DNA of 64,000 nt from Epithemia pelagica (GCA_946965045.2 OX337228.1:6696001-6760000), one strand, 5' to 3'. Positions 1 to 10,345 are shown, numbered from the stretch's first letter. The notes: generated from the letters alone by a model not told the origin. Translations and numbers: made by a program.

Positions 1-18
1 GAACAACAGGAGCTCCTC

Positions 19-3000
19 TTGGAGGAGGATCATCAAAGTAATAGTTCTTCTTGTTCGTCGATTCGCAGTGCTGCTCACTCGCCGACGAGCTGTCCCATTG
101 TCTCGGATTCGCCGCCGCCGTCCACGAGGCCTGCACATTCGTCTCATCAAGCCACTGTCACCGCCACTACTCCTACGACGACAGCCTTGGAATTGCTCTG
201 CCAATTCGTGGCGACGCTCTTGCAATGCATTCGCGCCAGTCCCACCTTGCACGATGTCATTGTGCATGCCGTGTCGGGCGTCTTGCAAGAATACCAACCT
301 CTGGCCGCCCCAGACGCCACGACGAAACCATCCAGCCATTCGACGACGACGACTCGGGATCCCTGGTCGTTGGACCCCCGCACCGTCATTCCCGTTCCCT
401 TATTGGATGAACTCTTGCTTGCCCTGGTGCCGGGACCCACGCGAGTGGTCCCCCAGTATTCGTCGACGAAAGCATCACAACCACCCACGTGGCGGACCGT
501 GGACAATCCCGTCTACCGCGTCACGGCCCATATTTGGCAGCACAATGCCACCGTCCTGCAACTGCCCCTCTCGCGACTCGTGCATCAACTCTTGGCCAAA
601 TCCCAGCAGGGAACCGTGGTCGAATTGGAATCGGTCCTGGCCACGGAACCGCCCGCACCACGAACGGAAGCAGCACCCCAACCAGCAGCCGGAGACGACA
701 ATGACACGTCCATTTATTCCATTCTCCCTTTGGTCCATCACATTAGTGCCTCCGCCTCGTCGTCCTCCGTGTCGTCCCTCTTGCCCGTCACCACGACGCA
801 GCATCATGCCCTCCTCGAACCGCGCGTGTTTGGAATGTTGCAAGAAGGACTGTACGTACCCATGTTGTTTGTATGGAACGACCGGTCGACTGCCAGGGTC
901 TCACGCCATTTTGTTTGTTTGTTTGCTTGTTTTTTTGTTTGCTTGCTTCCCCATACCAGGACGCATTTGCAATTTGAGACGCGATGGGCCACCTGTCGTA
1001 CCGTGGCGGCCTGTCTTACGGGATCAACCTCATCGTCTCCGCAGCACAGCGGTGGAGTGGATTCCCTCTTGCTCACGCCGTGGTTGGACCGATCGCGGGA
1101 TGCCAAGCCCGAAATCCGCACCGTCGTGGCGCAACACATTTTTCTCTTGCTGCGCCACCTTGCGGCACACTCTGTACCCGGAATCGCAGCGGCACATGCT
1201 GGTGAATCCTCCTCGTCGTCGTTGACTGCCAACAACACGTTGGAACTGGACAAGGTTGTTCGCCTGGCCGAACGTCTCTTGACCGATGGACATGCCATGG
1301 TACGCGTGGCCGCCGTGCAAGCCTTGTGCCACGATTATTTGCATCCCACCGTCACCACGGCAAGCCTGCAGCAAGATGCCAACCGGCGCCGGACGTGGAA
1401 CCGCATGGTGCGCCGTCTCGTGGCATTGAACACCGGAATACCTATCCAGGAACAGCAGTCGGTGTGGAAGGCCTTGATTCGCCTTTGGGTCCGAGCGGCG
1501 TGGGGACCACTCGCGTCTCTCGTCGTCATGGGGGGAGAGGACGACGACACCCACACCAAGGAGGAGCAGGAGGATGCCACCCTGTTTTGCTCCTTGTTGG
1601 TGCAACATTTGGATCCATCCTCGGTCCATGGCCCCCGACGAACCGAACCAACGGCCGCCGAGACGAATATCAAGACGACGGAACCGTTTTTTGTCGAGTG
1701 GCTGCCCCGACGCTTGTTTTCCATGGCCACCTCCAATCAACAGCCCCGTCACCACCAACCACAACATTCACAATCGCATCGGTCCAATTCTCGCACACAC
1801 CATCCTCCACAACCACAACCACATGGCGATTCGTGGATGTTTCCCCAGTTGGAAGCCGGATTGCATCACGGATGGTATCGATACGTGTCCCATCCGCACA
1901 ACAAGAAGAACAAGGGTGGCACCCACACCAACAGTACCACTACTACTACGACGACCATCCGGAAACAAGTGGCGGCGGCGCTGAGTTTGTGGCACCGAGT
2001 GCCGCGTCCGTGGATCGTGTCGTGGGCCCACACACGGGCCCGACGACAAGACACACTCTCGGAGTACTTGGAGGCACGAGAAGCGACGCGAACCGCACCC
2101 AAAGGTAGGAATCCCAGGACAAGGAATGGAGCGGAACCTTTATGTGTGTTGTGTGTGTGCAGGATTCCGGGGTCTCATTTGATGCGTTGTGGTTTTCCTT
2201 TGTTACACGTTTTGTCTATTGTAGGTACAGAAGAAGCCTTGGCGGCCGATGCGAGGGCCATGGAAGTCTTGAGGAGACTCTCCTTGCTCATGGGCCATGG
2301 GATGGATGAGAAGGGCGGCGACGAACAACAACACAAGATGCTCTTGGCATTTCATGGATTCCGAGACAAGCAAGTCTTTCGACTCTTGTCCACCATTGCC
2401 AATCCCTGCCATTCCCCCAATGCACGACAGCGCGCGTTGGAACATGTTCCGAGCCGCCTAGTGGCATTTTTAGACAATCCGACCGTGGCTCAGTTTGCGC
2501 GGGAGATTGTCGAGAAAACGGCCATGCCCGACTTTATGAATTATTCCATTCTGGGAGACTTGATTCAAGTCGCGTACGAGCATGGTCCCCTACGGTCGCA
2601 AGCCTTGACCATTGTCTCGGCAATCGTGGGTCCACTTTCCAAAATGGCCTCACCCGCATGGAACCCCTTGACGTCTCTCCTGGAACATTCCTTGTCCAAC
2701 AGCAAGAGCCAGGACGGATCCGACGAAGAAAGCGATGAGCTTAATTCTGATACGATGGACCTGATCACTTCCATTCTGGCTTCATCTGCAATGTATGCTA
2801 CTTCGAGCGATTCACTTCCTTCCTGTATGATCGACTTGTGTCGTCATGGAACTCCTGACCAAGCGAGTAATTCTGCAAAAGCAATGGTTCACTTTTACAA
2901 GCAAGTCCACGATGACAAGGACGCAACGGACAAAACGCTCTCACTCATGGACAACTTATCCTCCGAGTTGAGTCTTTCGGAACCCAGTCCTACTTTGACA

Positions 3001-5106
3001 GTCTTGGCATCCCTTACGGCACTTGTCGAAACGGTGCCTACCAATGCAGAAGTGATGGAGGCTGCGACTCAGGATATCTGGCGCTTTTGCCTCAAGGCAC
3101 TCCTTCAGAAGAACGACGACAAATTATCCTCAAGTCCACGCCGCAAACGTGGTCGTTCTCGCAGTATGCCGGAATCGGGAGGAGAGTCGCTGTATCGAGG
3201 AGCAATTGAGTTCTTGGTTCATTTTGTAAGGGCCTACATCTTTGCAAACACGCCAGAAGCTGCCAAGACCTTTGTCAAACGCCATAACAATGACATTCAA
3301 CGAATCATGTCACGGCTAGTGGAGCTATCACACTCTTCAACCGTTGCGAATGAGGTCAAAGAATGTGCAACCATACATGTTTGCCGGCTATGCGATCCCC
3401 GACTCAGGCTGGAGCCCGTTTTCCTCACAACCCATTTGTGGCTTTTGTTCAGCAAATCTTTCTTGGACGATAGTCCAGTACGAGATTGTCTTCATCGGGA
3501 GTTCCCTCTGCTTCTTACGGGTGGAGGAGTTTATGGTGAGGAAGGTTCACCAAAGCCGCCGGAAGCACCGTCGTTACGTCTTGTTTCTCTCCACATGTTC
3601 TTGCAAGCAAAGCAAATAAAAGTCGCAGCGACCCAGTGTATATCGATTCTTCGTGATACATGCGACAAGGCTTATGGGCAATGCAGGACCTTGGGACGCA
3701 AGGCCACCGAGAGATTCGAGTCGGTCCACAAGATGCGGCTCATGCCAGAGTATATGGTTCCTTTGGGGCTGTATCTCTTGTTGTTTCATAGCAATGAGGA
3801 TGACGAAAAGACTCTACGACGACGGCTCAAACTGCTGACGGAGCCACTGGTTCATAGTTTAGGAGATACTGCAGACAACATTTCGTTTCTGTTGCGAATG
3901 ACTGAACACCTTGGTGCCAACTACGAGGCCGTCTCCCCCAAAACGTTCGATTCACCAATTTCTTGTGACATTGTCTTTGTATGCAAGATAGCTCGGGAAG
4001 TTCTTTTGTCGTTGGTAAAAAAGGATGTCAACCTATCTCCCTATGGAACAATTCACGTCCCTTCTTGGCTTTTTCTGCGCAAGTCTTCGAGCAAAGAGGA
4101 GTCCCCCAAGGCACTCCCTGCTAGTACGGAACAAAAGAACGCGCGACCATCTTCGATGAAGAAGCAAGATCTGGTGGCTTCCAAGCGCAAGTCAGCTGGC
4201 CTTCATGTACAATTCTCTCCGGATGCTAGTCAACATGTACGAGAAATTCGACCGCCATCTACTGATCTCGAAGATAAAAGTAGCTTTGGCGGTCTCTCTC
4301 CCATTGCCAAATCGTCTCCCGGAGACTCAACCCGTGTATCGGACTTTTCCAACAGCACCGCAAGCAAGACAACCAAATCTCACAGGAGAGATTCTCCCAA
4401 TAAACCCGAAACGGACGCCTCTCAGGATATGGAAGCAGCTGTATCTTCCCAATCGACAGCTTCGACTGGGAACTCTGAAGCACAATCATCTACAATGTCA
4501 AGTGTCTCCCGCAACAAGGTAGATCGTAAGTCCGGGTCACGAGGTAAAGATCTTCGCGAAGAGAACCAGGCGAATGGTTCTGTCGACATGGAGGCACCAG
4601 CATCTTCCCAGTCAAGAGTATCTGCCAACAAGAAGGCAGGTCGTCAATCCAAGTCACTCGATGGAGATATTCCAAAAACGACCCAAATGGATGGCTCTTC
4701 CGGCAAAGCGGGACGAGCGTCTTCCCAGTCAACCGAATCCAGCAGTGAATCGAAAGGACGATATTCTAAGAGTTCAAATGTGTCTCGCAAAAGGGCCGGG
4801 CGTACAAGTAACACTTCCCTGTCTGCATCTGAGGGCAGCCCGAGAAAGCGATCTCGTCATTCCAAACATGACCAACAAGCAAAGTCGCAACAACTCATTC
4901 CCAATCAAATGCAAATGGGAAAGACAAAGGATCGCAATAAGTTGTCGCATGGAAAGTCCCAACCTAGTTCCAACCTGGACTTTGAATCTGAAGACGAAAC
5001 AGCCGAGAACTTGCAAAACTTTGTACCGCGGAAAATTGATGTCACAATCAAGGCTTCAAAGAAGAAAAGAACCAAGAAGAAGCCTCTTGCTTCTCGAGCA
5101 TCCTGA
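19..5106 (+). CDS. PDS5: Sister-chromatid cohesion protein PDS5 (HEAT-repeat); two predicted in-frame introns 852-959 and 2105-2224; true start uncertain or upstream of the window
   Basis: PDS5-like segments WLDRSRDAKPEIR, VRVAAVQALC, DKQVFRLLSTIANP, RLMPEYMVPLGLYLL and DNISFLLRMTE, then a Lys/Ser-rich disordered tail. Introns GTACGT..CCAG (108 nt) and GTAGGA..GTAG (120 nt) are T-rich and splice to QEGLTHLQFETR and KGTEEALAAD. The ORF track starts at a TTG. Confidence 0.8.
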   Translation: MEEDHQSNSSSCSSIRSAAHSPTSCPIVSDSPPPSTRPAHSSHQATVTATTPTTTALELLCQFVATLLQCIRASPTLHDVIVHAVSGVLQEYQPLAAPDATTKPSSHSTTTTRDPWSLDPRTVIPVPLLDELLLALVPGPTRVVPQYSSTKASQPPTWRTVDNPVYRVTAHIWQHNATVLQLPLSRLVHQLLAKSQQGTVVELESVLATEPPAPRTEAAPQPAAGDDNDTSIYSILPLVHHISASASSSSVSSLLPVTTTQHHALLEPRVFGMLQEGLYVPMLFVWNDRSTARVSRHFVCLFACFFVCLLPHTRTHLQFETRWATCRTVAACLTGSTSSSPQHSGGVDSLLLTPWLDRSRDAKPEIRTVVAQHIFLLLRHLAAHSVPGIAAAHAGESSSSSLTANNTLELDKVVRLAERLLTDGHAMVRVAAVQALCHDYLHPTVTTASLQQDANRRRTWNRMVRRLVALNTGIPIQEQQSVWKALIRLWVRAAWGPLASLVVMGGEDDDTHTKEEQEDATLFCSLLVQHLDPSSVHGPRRTEPTAAETNIKTTEPFFVEWLPRRLFSMATSNQQPRHHQPQHSQSHRSNSRTHHPPQPQPHGDSWMFPQLEAGLHHGWYRYVSHPHNKKNKGGTHTNSTTTTTTTIRKQVAAALSLWHRVPRPWIVSWAHTRARRQDTLSEYLEAREATRTAPKGRNPRTRNGAEPLCVLCVCRIPGSHLMRCGFPLLHVLSIVGTEEALAADARAMEVLRRLSLLMGHGMDEKGGDEQQHKMLLAFHGFRDKQVFRLLSTIANPCHSPNARQRALEHVPSRLVAFLDNPTVAQFAREIVEKTAMPDFMNYSILGDLIQVAYEHGPLRSQALTIVSAIVGPLSKMASPAWNPLTSLLEHSLSNSKSQDGSDEESDELNSDTMDLITSILASSAMYATSSDSLPSCMIDLCRHGTPDQASNSAKAMVHFYKQVHDDKDATDKTLSLMDNLSSELSLSEPSPTLTVLASLTALVETVPTNAEVMEAATQDIWRFCLKALLQKNDDKLSSSPRRKRGRSRSMPESGGESLYRGAIEFLVHFVRAYIFANTPEAAKTFVKRHNNDIQRIMSRLVELSHSSTVANEVKECATIHVCRLCDPRLRLEPVFLTTHLWLLFSKSFLDDSPVRDCLHREFPLLLTGGGVYGEEGSPKPPEAPSLRLVSLHMFLQAKQIKVAATQCISILRDTCDKAYGQCRTLGRKATERFESVHKMRLMPEYMVPLGLYLLLFHSNEDDEKTLRRRLKLLTEPLVHSLGDTADNISFLLRMTEHLGANYEAVSPKTFDSPISCDIVFVCKIAREVLLSLVKKDVNLSPYGTIHVPSWLFLRKSSSKEESPKALPASTEQKNARPSSMKKQDLVASKRKSAGLHVQFSPDASQHVREIRPPSTDLEDKSSFGGLSPIAKSSPGDSTRVSDFSNSTASKTTKSHRRDSPNKPETDASQDMEAAVSSQSTASTGNSEAQSSTMSSVSRNKVDRKSGSRGKDLREENQANGSVDMEAPASSQSRVSANKKAGRQSKSLDGDIPKTTQMDGSSGKAGRASSQSTESSSESKGRYSKSSNVSRKRAGRTSNTSLSASEGSPRKRSRHSKHDQQAKSQQLIPNQMQMGKTKDRNKLSHGKSQPSSNLDFESEDETAENLQNFVPRKIDVTIKASKKKRTKKKPLASRAS

Positions 5107-5221
5107 AGCCATTAGAGGTTCACCAGGTTCACCATTAGAGGTTCTAGAGAGGCATTTGCAACTGCAGTGCATCCATTCCGACAAGTTTAGAAGTATGTCT
5201 ATAGTCTGCAGCTCATTCTAT

Positions 5222-6268
5222 TCATACTTCATATTGTATAGTCATGCGAATTGTCTTTCGTGAGGAACCCCACGATTCTTCCTCAAGACCTTGATCCGAA
5301 ATCTTACAAACAGCCGCAATCACGGCCAATGTTTGTTCCAGTCGCTGAACCTTGGAAAAAGGATAATTCTTGTTCCATCGATCCATAAACAAACGTTTCA
5401 GTTTGCGAACGGCTTCTTGTCGTTCCGTCATGGGACAATCTTTATTCTTGGCCACTTGTACATAGGCCCGCCGCACAATTTTTTTCTCCGTCTTCGTCCA
5501 CAATTTCATCGCGTTTGCCCTTGCCGGGGGGCTTGTCATCCTTTCGGGACATTTTCGGTTTGCGAGAGTAAAGGTGGGATCTTGTTTCGATACAATGTCC
5601 AAGAGCTCGATAAAGCGTTCCGAAACCTCTCGACAATATTCTGGGCAAGGTAAATCCAATTCCTGCCGGACTCGATTACGACGATGTTGTTGTTGAGCTT
5701 GGAGCAAACGGGCAAGCGAAAAGAGCATGGGTCGCAACACGTTGAGAGTGGTGGATTGTTCCACTTTGGTGTACTCGTGAATCTCCGCATCCGATTTGGA
5801 GTTTTTCTTATTCTCGTCTGGTTTCGATTCAGAGTCTGCTTCTTTTCTTTTTGTGCACGACCGCCTCGCTTGGCTCCACTTTTGTTGTTGGAGGACTCGG
5901 CAGTGGGCACGGCACACGAAGAGAACCAAATTAAAACACACGACATGGGTTCCGCATCAATGTCCAAGAGGCTCTGCCAATCCTTCAAGGAGAGTGTTGT
6001 CGATGATGACTGGAGTCCCGAGGCAACACCCACGAGAAACGGCAAGCCATCGTTGAACACCAAACACGAGACTGCCGCTCCTGCCTCCAACACGACAGAA
6101 AATGCAAACAAGAAGGGCGATGCAGATTTGAACTCTGGATTAAAAAAAGGGCAACAGTTTGTGGCGCAATCCTTGAGTATTAAAGTAGGGTTCGTGTTCT
6201 TCATCCTCATTGTCATCGTCTTCTTCTTCTTCTTCTTCGTTTTGTTGTTGCTGTTGTGTCGTCGTCAT
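5222..6268 (-). pseudogene. Hypothetical protein gene apparently interrupted by two compensating frameshifts
   Basis: MTTTQQQQQNEEEE..KLLPFF (frame of ORF 6140-6544) joins NPEFKSASPF..GGRAQK (frame of ORF 5536-6216) if one T is removed from the T7 run near 6142-6148. That joins RKEADSESK..QYEV (ORF 5222-5941) if one A is added near 5845-5852. No family recognised; the reconstruction is inferred. Confidence 0.35.
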
Positions 6269-6542
6269 CGACTTGCTCTTGTTCTTGTCGTCGTCGTCTT
6301 GGTTGTGGTTTCGTAACAGAGGAGCCGTGTCCTCTTGGCTCCGCTGCCCTCGAGGTACGCCCGACGGTTGATTGTTGTGTAGTTGGGCTGTGCTGCTGCC
6401 CTCGACCCTCAACAATGCCCCGAATAAACCGACCCCGCTGCCTCGCACCTCTATGGTCAGATCGCCAAACAACACGAAACGCCAACAACACGCAACAATC
6501 CAACACGCACAAAAACAAAATACGAACGAAATACGATTGACC

Positions 6543-7463
6543 ATGATGATGTGTGATTGTGATTACTGTTACGAAAAGATGATCAGCTCCGAATGGGCTC
6601 AGTTAGTTGCTCCTTTTGTGACTCTCATACTGTGTTACGGTTTCGCTGATGTCCTCGATGAGGCGAAACTAATAGTCCAACACCTGCTTCGGGTCATTTT
6701 CAGCAAGAAAAGTCGTACTACAAGTAGCGAGCATACGGAGCTTCGACACGAACATGCGGAGCTTCGACAGCTTCGACACGACAAAGCTCAGCTTCAACAA
6801 CAGCTGGCCGTTGCCGAAGCTAAGCAACAAAAAGAAATTGCAGCGAAGGATGGAGCCTACAAGAAGCTTCGTCGCGAGAATGCGGCGCTTCGAGTGAGGA
6901 AAGTGCGGTCTGGCCGAAAGCTTCGACGCGAAAATGCTCAGCTTCAACAACAGCTTGCTGTTGCCGAAGCAAAGCTTGCTGCGAAGCAACGCGAGAATGG
7001 TCGCCACGAGGATGGAGAGATCGAGATTCGCGATCGCGAGGAGGAGGTCGACGTCGACACTGTTGCTGTTCTGCCTTGCGAGTTCGACGCTGACTTGGAC
7101 TTCCCTCCTCTCGCACTCGCAGACGATCTCGAGGACGACGAGGAGACCCCTCTAGTTCCAGTCGACCGTCCTGAGCCTGAACCCGCGCTCATCCCCGACA
7201 ACGACGACGAGAACACTTTGGGGCACGACTCACCCCCTCGAAATTCCACCCCTCCTTCCCCCACCCCCACCCCCACTGAAAAAGATACCTCGCCTCAGAT
7301 GGATGAGAATGCCCCCCAGAGCGTGATCGAGAGTTCCGCCGGCCCCGAGAAAACCCCACATTTGGGCAGAATCCTTACTGTTGCCTACTCCAAAAAGGCA
7401 CACGGAATGGTGCACGTTCGACGATCCGCTCGTCTTTTGTCAACGGGTACGGGTAAAAAATAG
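6543..7463 (+). CDS. Hypothetical ~306-aa protein: N-terminal hydrophobic segment, duplicated coiled coil, acidic/Pro-rich linker, C-terminal RRSARL motif
   Basis: Open frame from ATG 6543. Hydrophobic LVAPFVTLILCYGFADVL; AQLQQQLAVAEAK and KLRRENA each occur twice; ends GMVHVRRSARLLSTGTGKK. Confidence 0.65.
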   Translation: MMMCDCDYCYEKMISSEWAQLVAPFVTLILCYGFADVLDEAKLIVQHLLRVIFSKKSRTTSSEHTELRHEHAELRQLRHDKAQLQQQLAVAEAKQQKEIAAKDGAYKKLRRENAALRVRKVRSGRKLRRENAQLQQQLAVAEAKLAAKQRENGRHEDGEIEIRDREEEVDVDTVAVLPCEFDADLDFPPLALADDLEDDEETPLVPVDRPEPEPALIPDNDDENTLGHDSPPRNSTPPSPTPTPTEKDTSPQMDENAPQSVIESSAGPEKTPHLGRILTVAYSKKAHGMVHVRRSARLLSTGTGKK

Positions 7464-7642
7464 AAAAACAGAAAAATAACATGTCGGTTGTCGGTTGCCA
7501 GTGGTACGTGCGCACGTTCGTGTCGGTTATGAATCTTTCCATACTCTCACTCTACCCCTTCTTCTGTTTCTAGCGATTGCAAAATTCTACTCCTACTCCT
7601 ACATCAGCTGAGTCTAGCTCGAGTCCTTGTCGGAGATGTCCT

Positions 7643-7698
7643 TGTTGGTTTGTTGGTTTGTTGGTGTGTTGGTTGTCGGTGTGTTGGTTGTCGGTGTT
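7643..7698. repeat. Degenerate TG-rich short tandem repeat (TGTTGGTT / TGTTGGTTGTCGGTG units)
   Basis: Seen directly, immediately 5' of the hairpin array. Confidence 0.8.
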
Positions 7699-7699
7699 A

Positions 7700-8044
7700 T
7701 CACAAAACCCTGGTGGCACGAGGACTTTGTCCTTGTGTCATCAGGTATGGCATGGAGACTTCGGTCTCTGTGCCATTTGGGAAGAGTGCCATAGTTGCCC
7801 CTGGAGAATCCATTGATTCCTCCAGGCTTCCCAAATTTCACAAAACCCTGGTGGCACGAGGACTTTGTCCTTGTGTCACCAGGTATGGCATGGAGACTTC
7901 GGTCTCTGTGCCATCCCAAAATCCTGATGGCACGAGGACTTTGTCCTTGTGTCACCAGGTATGGCATGGAGACTTCGGTCTCTGTGCCATTCGGGAAGAG
8001 TGCCATAGTTGCCCCTGGAGAATCCATTGATTCCTCCGCTTCCC
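7700..8044 (+). repeat. Modular tandem array of near-identical hairpin units, arranged ABC-AB-ABC
   Basis: Units start at ~7700, ~7838 and ~7915. A: CCTGGTGGCACGAGGAC-TTT-GTCCTTGTGTCA(C/T)CAGG, 17-bp stem. B: TGGCATGGAGAC-TTCG-GTCTCTGTGCCA. C (in unit 1): ATTTGGGAAG..CCTGGAGAATC-CATT-GATTCCTCCAGG-CTTCCCAAAT. Confidence 0.95.
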
Positions 8045-8243
8045 TACCCGCTGTATTTAAGTGTTGGGTTGATCGATAACGAGTGGATTAGTGTTTCGGC
8101 TAAAATGTTTCTATATAACATGTAGTGGTAACAATAGCAAGTGGAACATTTGAACATGCACGACAACATTGCTGACTAGTGATTCCTAGGAGTAGTCGAC
8201 AATCAGAGAGGATAAATGGTAATTGCTGTTTAAGTGGCTGAAG

Positions 8244-9017
8244 CTACTTCATGTGCTTCTTTGTGAGCTTTCTTGCCTTCCCTACACCAGCGCGACCCTT
8301 CTTTTTCTCCTCTGCCTCTTCACTTTCGCTGGACTGTTCCGCAGCATGGTCCCCGCCGCCAAAAGATTCCGTCATGCGTCGTCGTCGTTGAGGTCGTGTT
8401 TTCCCAAGGTCGCATTCCTCAATGTCATCTTCTTCTTCGTTTGCTGGGTCCTCCTCATCCCGGGTGGTTGTCGTAGTCACTTGTTGTTGTTGCTGCTGCA
8501 GCAGACGCCGCCGTCGTTGGGGTGGACCGCTGCTTGTGCTTGTACTTGTTTGTGCGAGGCTTGCCGCTTCTTGCTCTTGGTTTGGGCTGATGAGTCCGGG
8601 CGTTTTGTGGTGGTTCCTTTTCGAGCTTTTTTGGATGCGGCCGCCTTTTTTCGCTCTTGCTTTTCTTTTGTGTCTTGCTCTTGTTGCCACAGCGTCGCGA
8701 GTCGTTCTTGTTGCAACGTGTATTCCTCCCGCAACAATTCCAGTTCCTGCTCCTCGTCGTGGACATGGCGTTGCAATCGTATCAGGCATTGATGCGTCTC
8801 CACCATTTGGTTCTTGGGAATAGTGTCATCGTTGTCCTTGTGGTTGTCGTCATTCTCCTGGAGTAAATGACGCGTGCCTATGGTCGAATCGACCGCATAG
8901 GGATGCTTCCAATCGGGAGCGACAATCTTGTCCGTCTCCTGATTCTTCTTGGTGGGTGGCTTTTTCTTAAAGTCCTTCAAAACGAGATAGATACACGTTC
9001 CGTTTGCTGTTAGCCAT
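8244..9017 (-). pseudogene. Hypothetical coiled-coil/Lys-rich protein gene with two apparent single-base frameshifts
   Basis: ATG 9017 gives MANSKRNVYLSR. Removing one T at ~8979-8982 continues LKDFKKKPP..DWKHPY..CLIRLQRHVHDEEQELELLREEY (ORF 8477-8980). Adding one base in the C4 run near 8519-8523 continues QRRRRLLQQQ..KKHMK (ORF 8244-8789). Real pseudogene versus assembly error is unresolved. Confidence 0.5.
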
Positions 9018-9022
9018 TATCT

Positions 9023-9613
9023 ATGACGAACAGCAAAATGACCGAGATGATTGTGGGAGTTATGGAGCACTTCTTGTACAAAGACTTTTTGTTGGTACGA
9101 GCCGAGATGACACGCCTCTTGGTGGCATTGGTGGCCTTTTGTTGTTCCAATCAACACAATTCGCAGAGCAAGACCCTGCGTTCAATGGGGACGAAGGTTA
9201 TGAAAACATACGAAGAACATGTCAAGAAAGGCAGTATCAATGCGCTTCCCATAATGGGGACTTTGCATTATGCAGCAATCATGTGCGAACAAGCTGCGCA
9301 GTACTTTCGACATGCCAAAGACAATGAGTGGGCCGACTACTATATCCGGGAAGCCTTGTCCTTGTACTGCGATTGGGGTGCGGAAGGAAATGCTTACCAA
9401 TTGGCTCAACAGCATGAAACTTTGTTTGCGCATGAACTTTCCTTGTTAAGCAGTGGCACCAAAAGCGACAATCAGGCATGTGTCTTTGCCGTGAAGGGAC
9501 GTACACGATACTCAGCATCTCAGTTTGAGTCCTTACAAGACCTTGACTGGAATCTGTTGTACTGTGTGTCACTTGGAACCCTATTCAAGTTGCCAGCGAG
9601 CTCCTTTTCGTAG
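9023..9613 (+). pseudogene. Isolated C-terminal fragment of a diatom large AAA/STAND-type ATPase (TPR-like tail)
   Basis: EQAAQYFRHAKDNEWADYYIREALSLYCDWGAEGNAYQL followed by KGRTRY resembles the ERAG..A..Y..WGA..K tail of these large ATPases. There is no room upstream for the NTPase domain, and the usual LxAE..Y..AI segment appears deleted. Family recalled from memory. Confidence 0.45.
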
Positions 9614-10345
9614 AGATACGAGATTCCAATTTCCGCCCGCTGCAAGCAAACACACACACACACATGCCTTTTTGTTTGTCTCTCGAGCAGCAACAGGGAG
9701 AATCGCTTCTCCGAGCATACACCGTCCCTTTTGTGTGCGTGTGTCAATGTCTCCACGGTTCCAACACCGAGTTTGGGTGGTAATGTCGTTGTCGCATTGT
9801 CGTCGTCTGTTTCATGACGAAGACGACGATGGTGCAAAATCTTGACGTGTGGCCAAATACTTGTCCAACAAGTGTTGGCCGGATGTAATGGGGGCATAGT
9901 TGGGTGGATTATCTCGAAGCAACCAGATGAACGCCAACAAACCACTTGATATCAAATACAACCCAAAAGTACTGGAGGCACCGGTGGGGGTATTTGCTCC
10001 TGCTTCCAGACCCTTTGTCAATTCCTTTGTTATAAACAATCAGCGGATTGCTCAAGATCGACAGAAACGGTATGCATCGGACGAGGCGATTTTACAGGCA
10101 GCCTTATGATCGCATCCACAGTAGCAATTAAAATGGAGTCGTTCCCCGAGCAGCAGTTCACCTTGACATGAAACTACACAGTATCTACACCTGAAATCAA
10201 CTCAATCAGGACACGACGTACAAATCAAACCACCAACTCACCAGAAGCGGTATTCAAACAAACGACTCATCTAGCCCAACCACATTTTCACAAAAGCCGC
10301 ATCCATTCCGACAATCTCCAACAAGTGCACTGCACCTCATTCGAG

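Noticed and set aside
5684-6316. 210-aa plus-strand ORF with hydrophobic ends
   Set aside because: The hydrophobic runs are the antisense of Glu/Gln/Lys codon repeats; the minus-strand reading was preferred, with low confidence.
7700-8044. CRISPR array or hammerhead ribozyme
   Set aside because: There are no unique spacers and the context is eukaryotic. CTGATGA occurs on the minus strand only in unit 1 (7738-7744), inside a stem and without a following GAAA core.
7577-8079. ORFs of 79-137 aa across the hairpin array
   Set aside because: They are by-products of the repeats in several frames, with no protein-like character.
9812-10109. Short ORFs on both strands (e.g. MNANKPLDIKY..)
   Set aside because: Too short and unrecognised to call; may be remnants.
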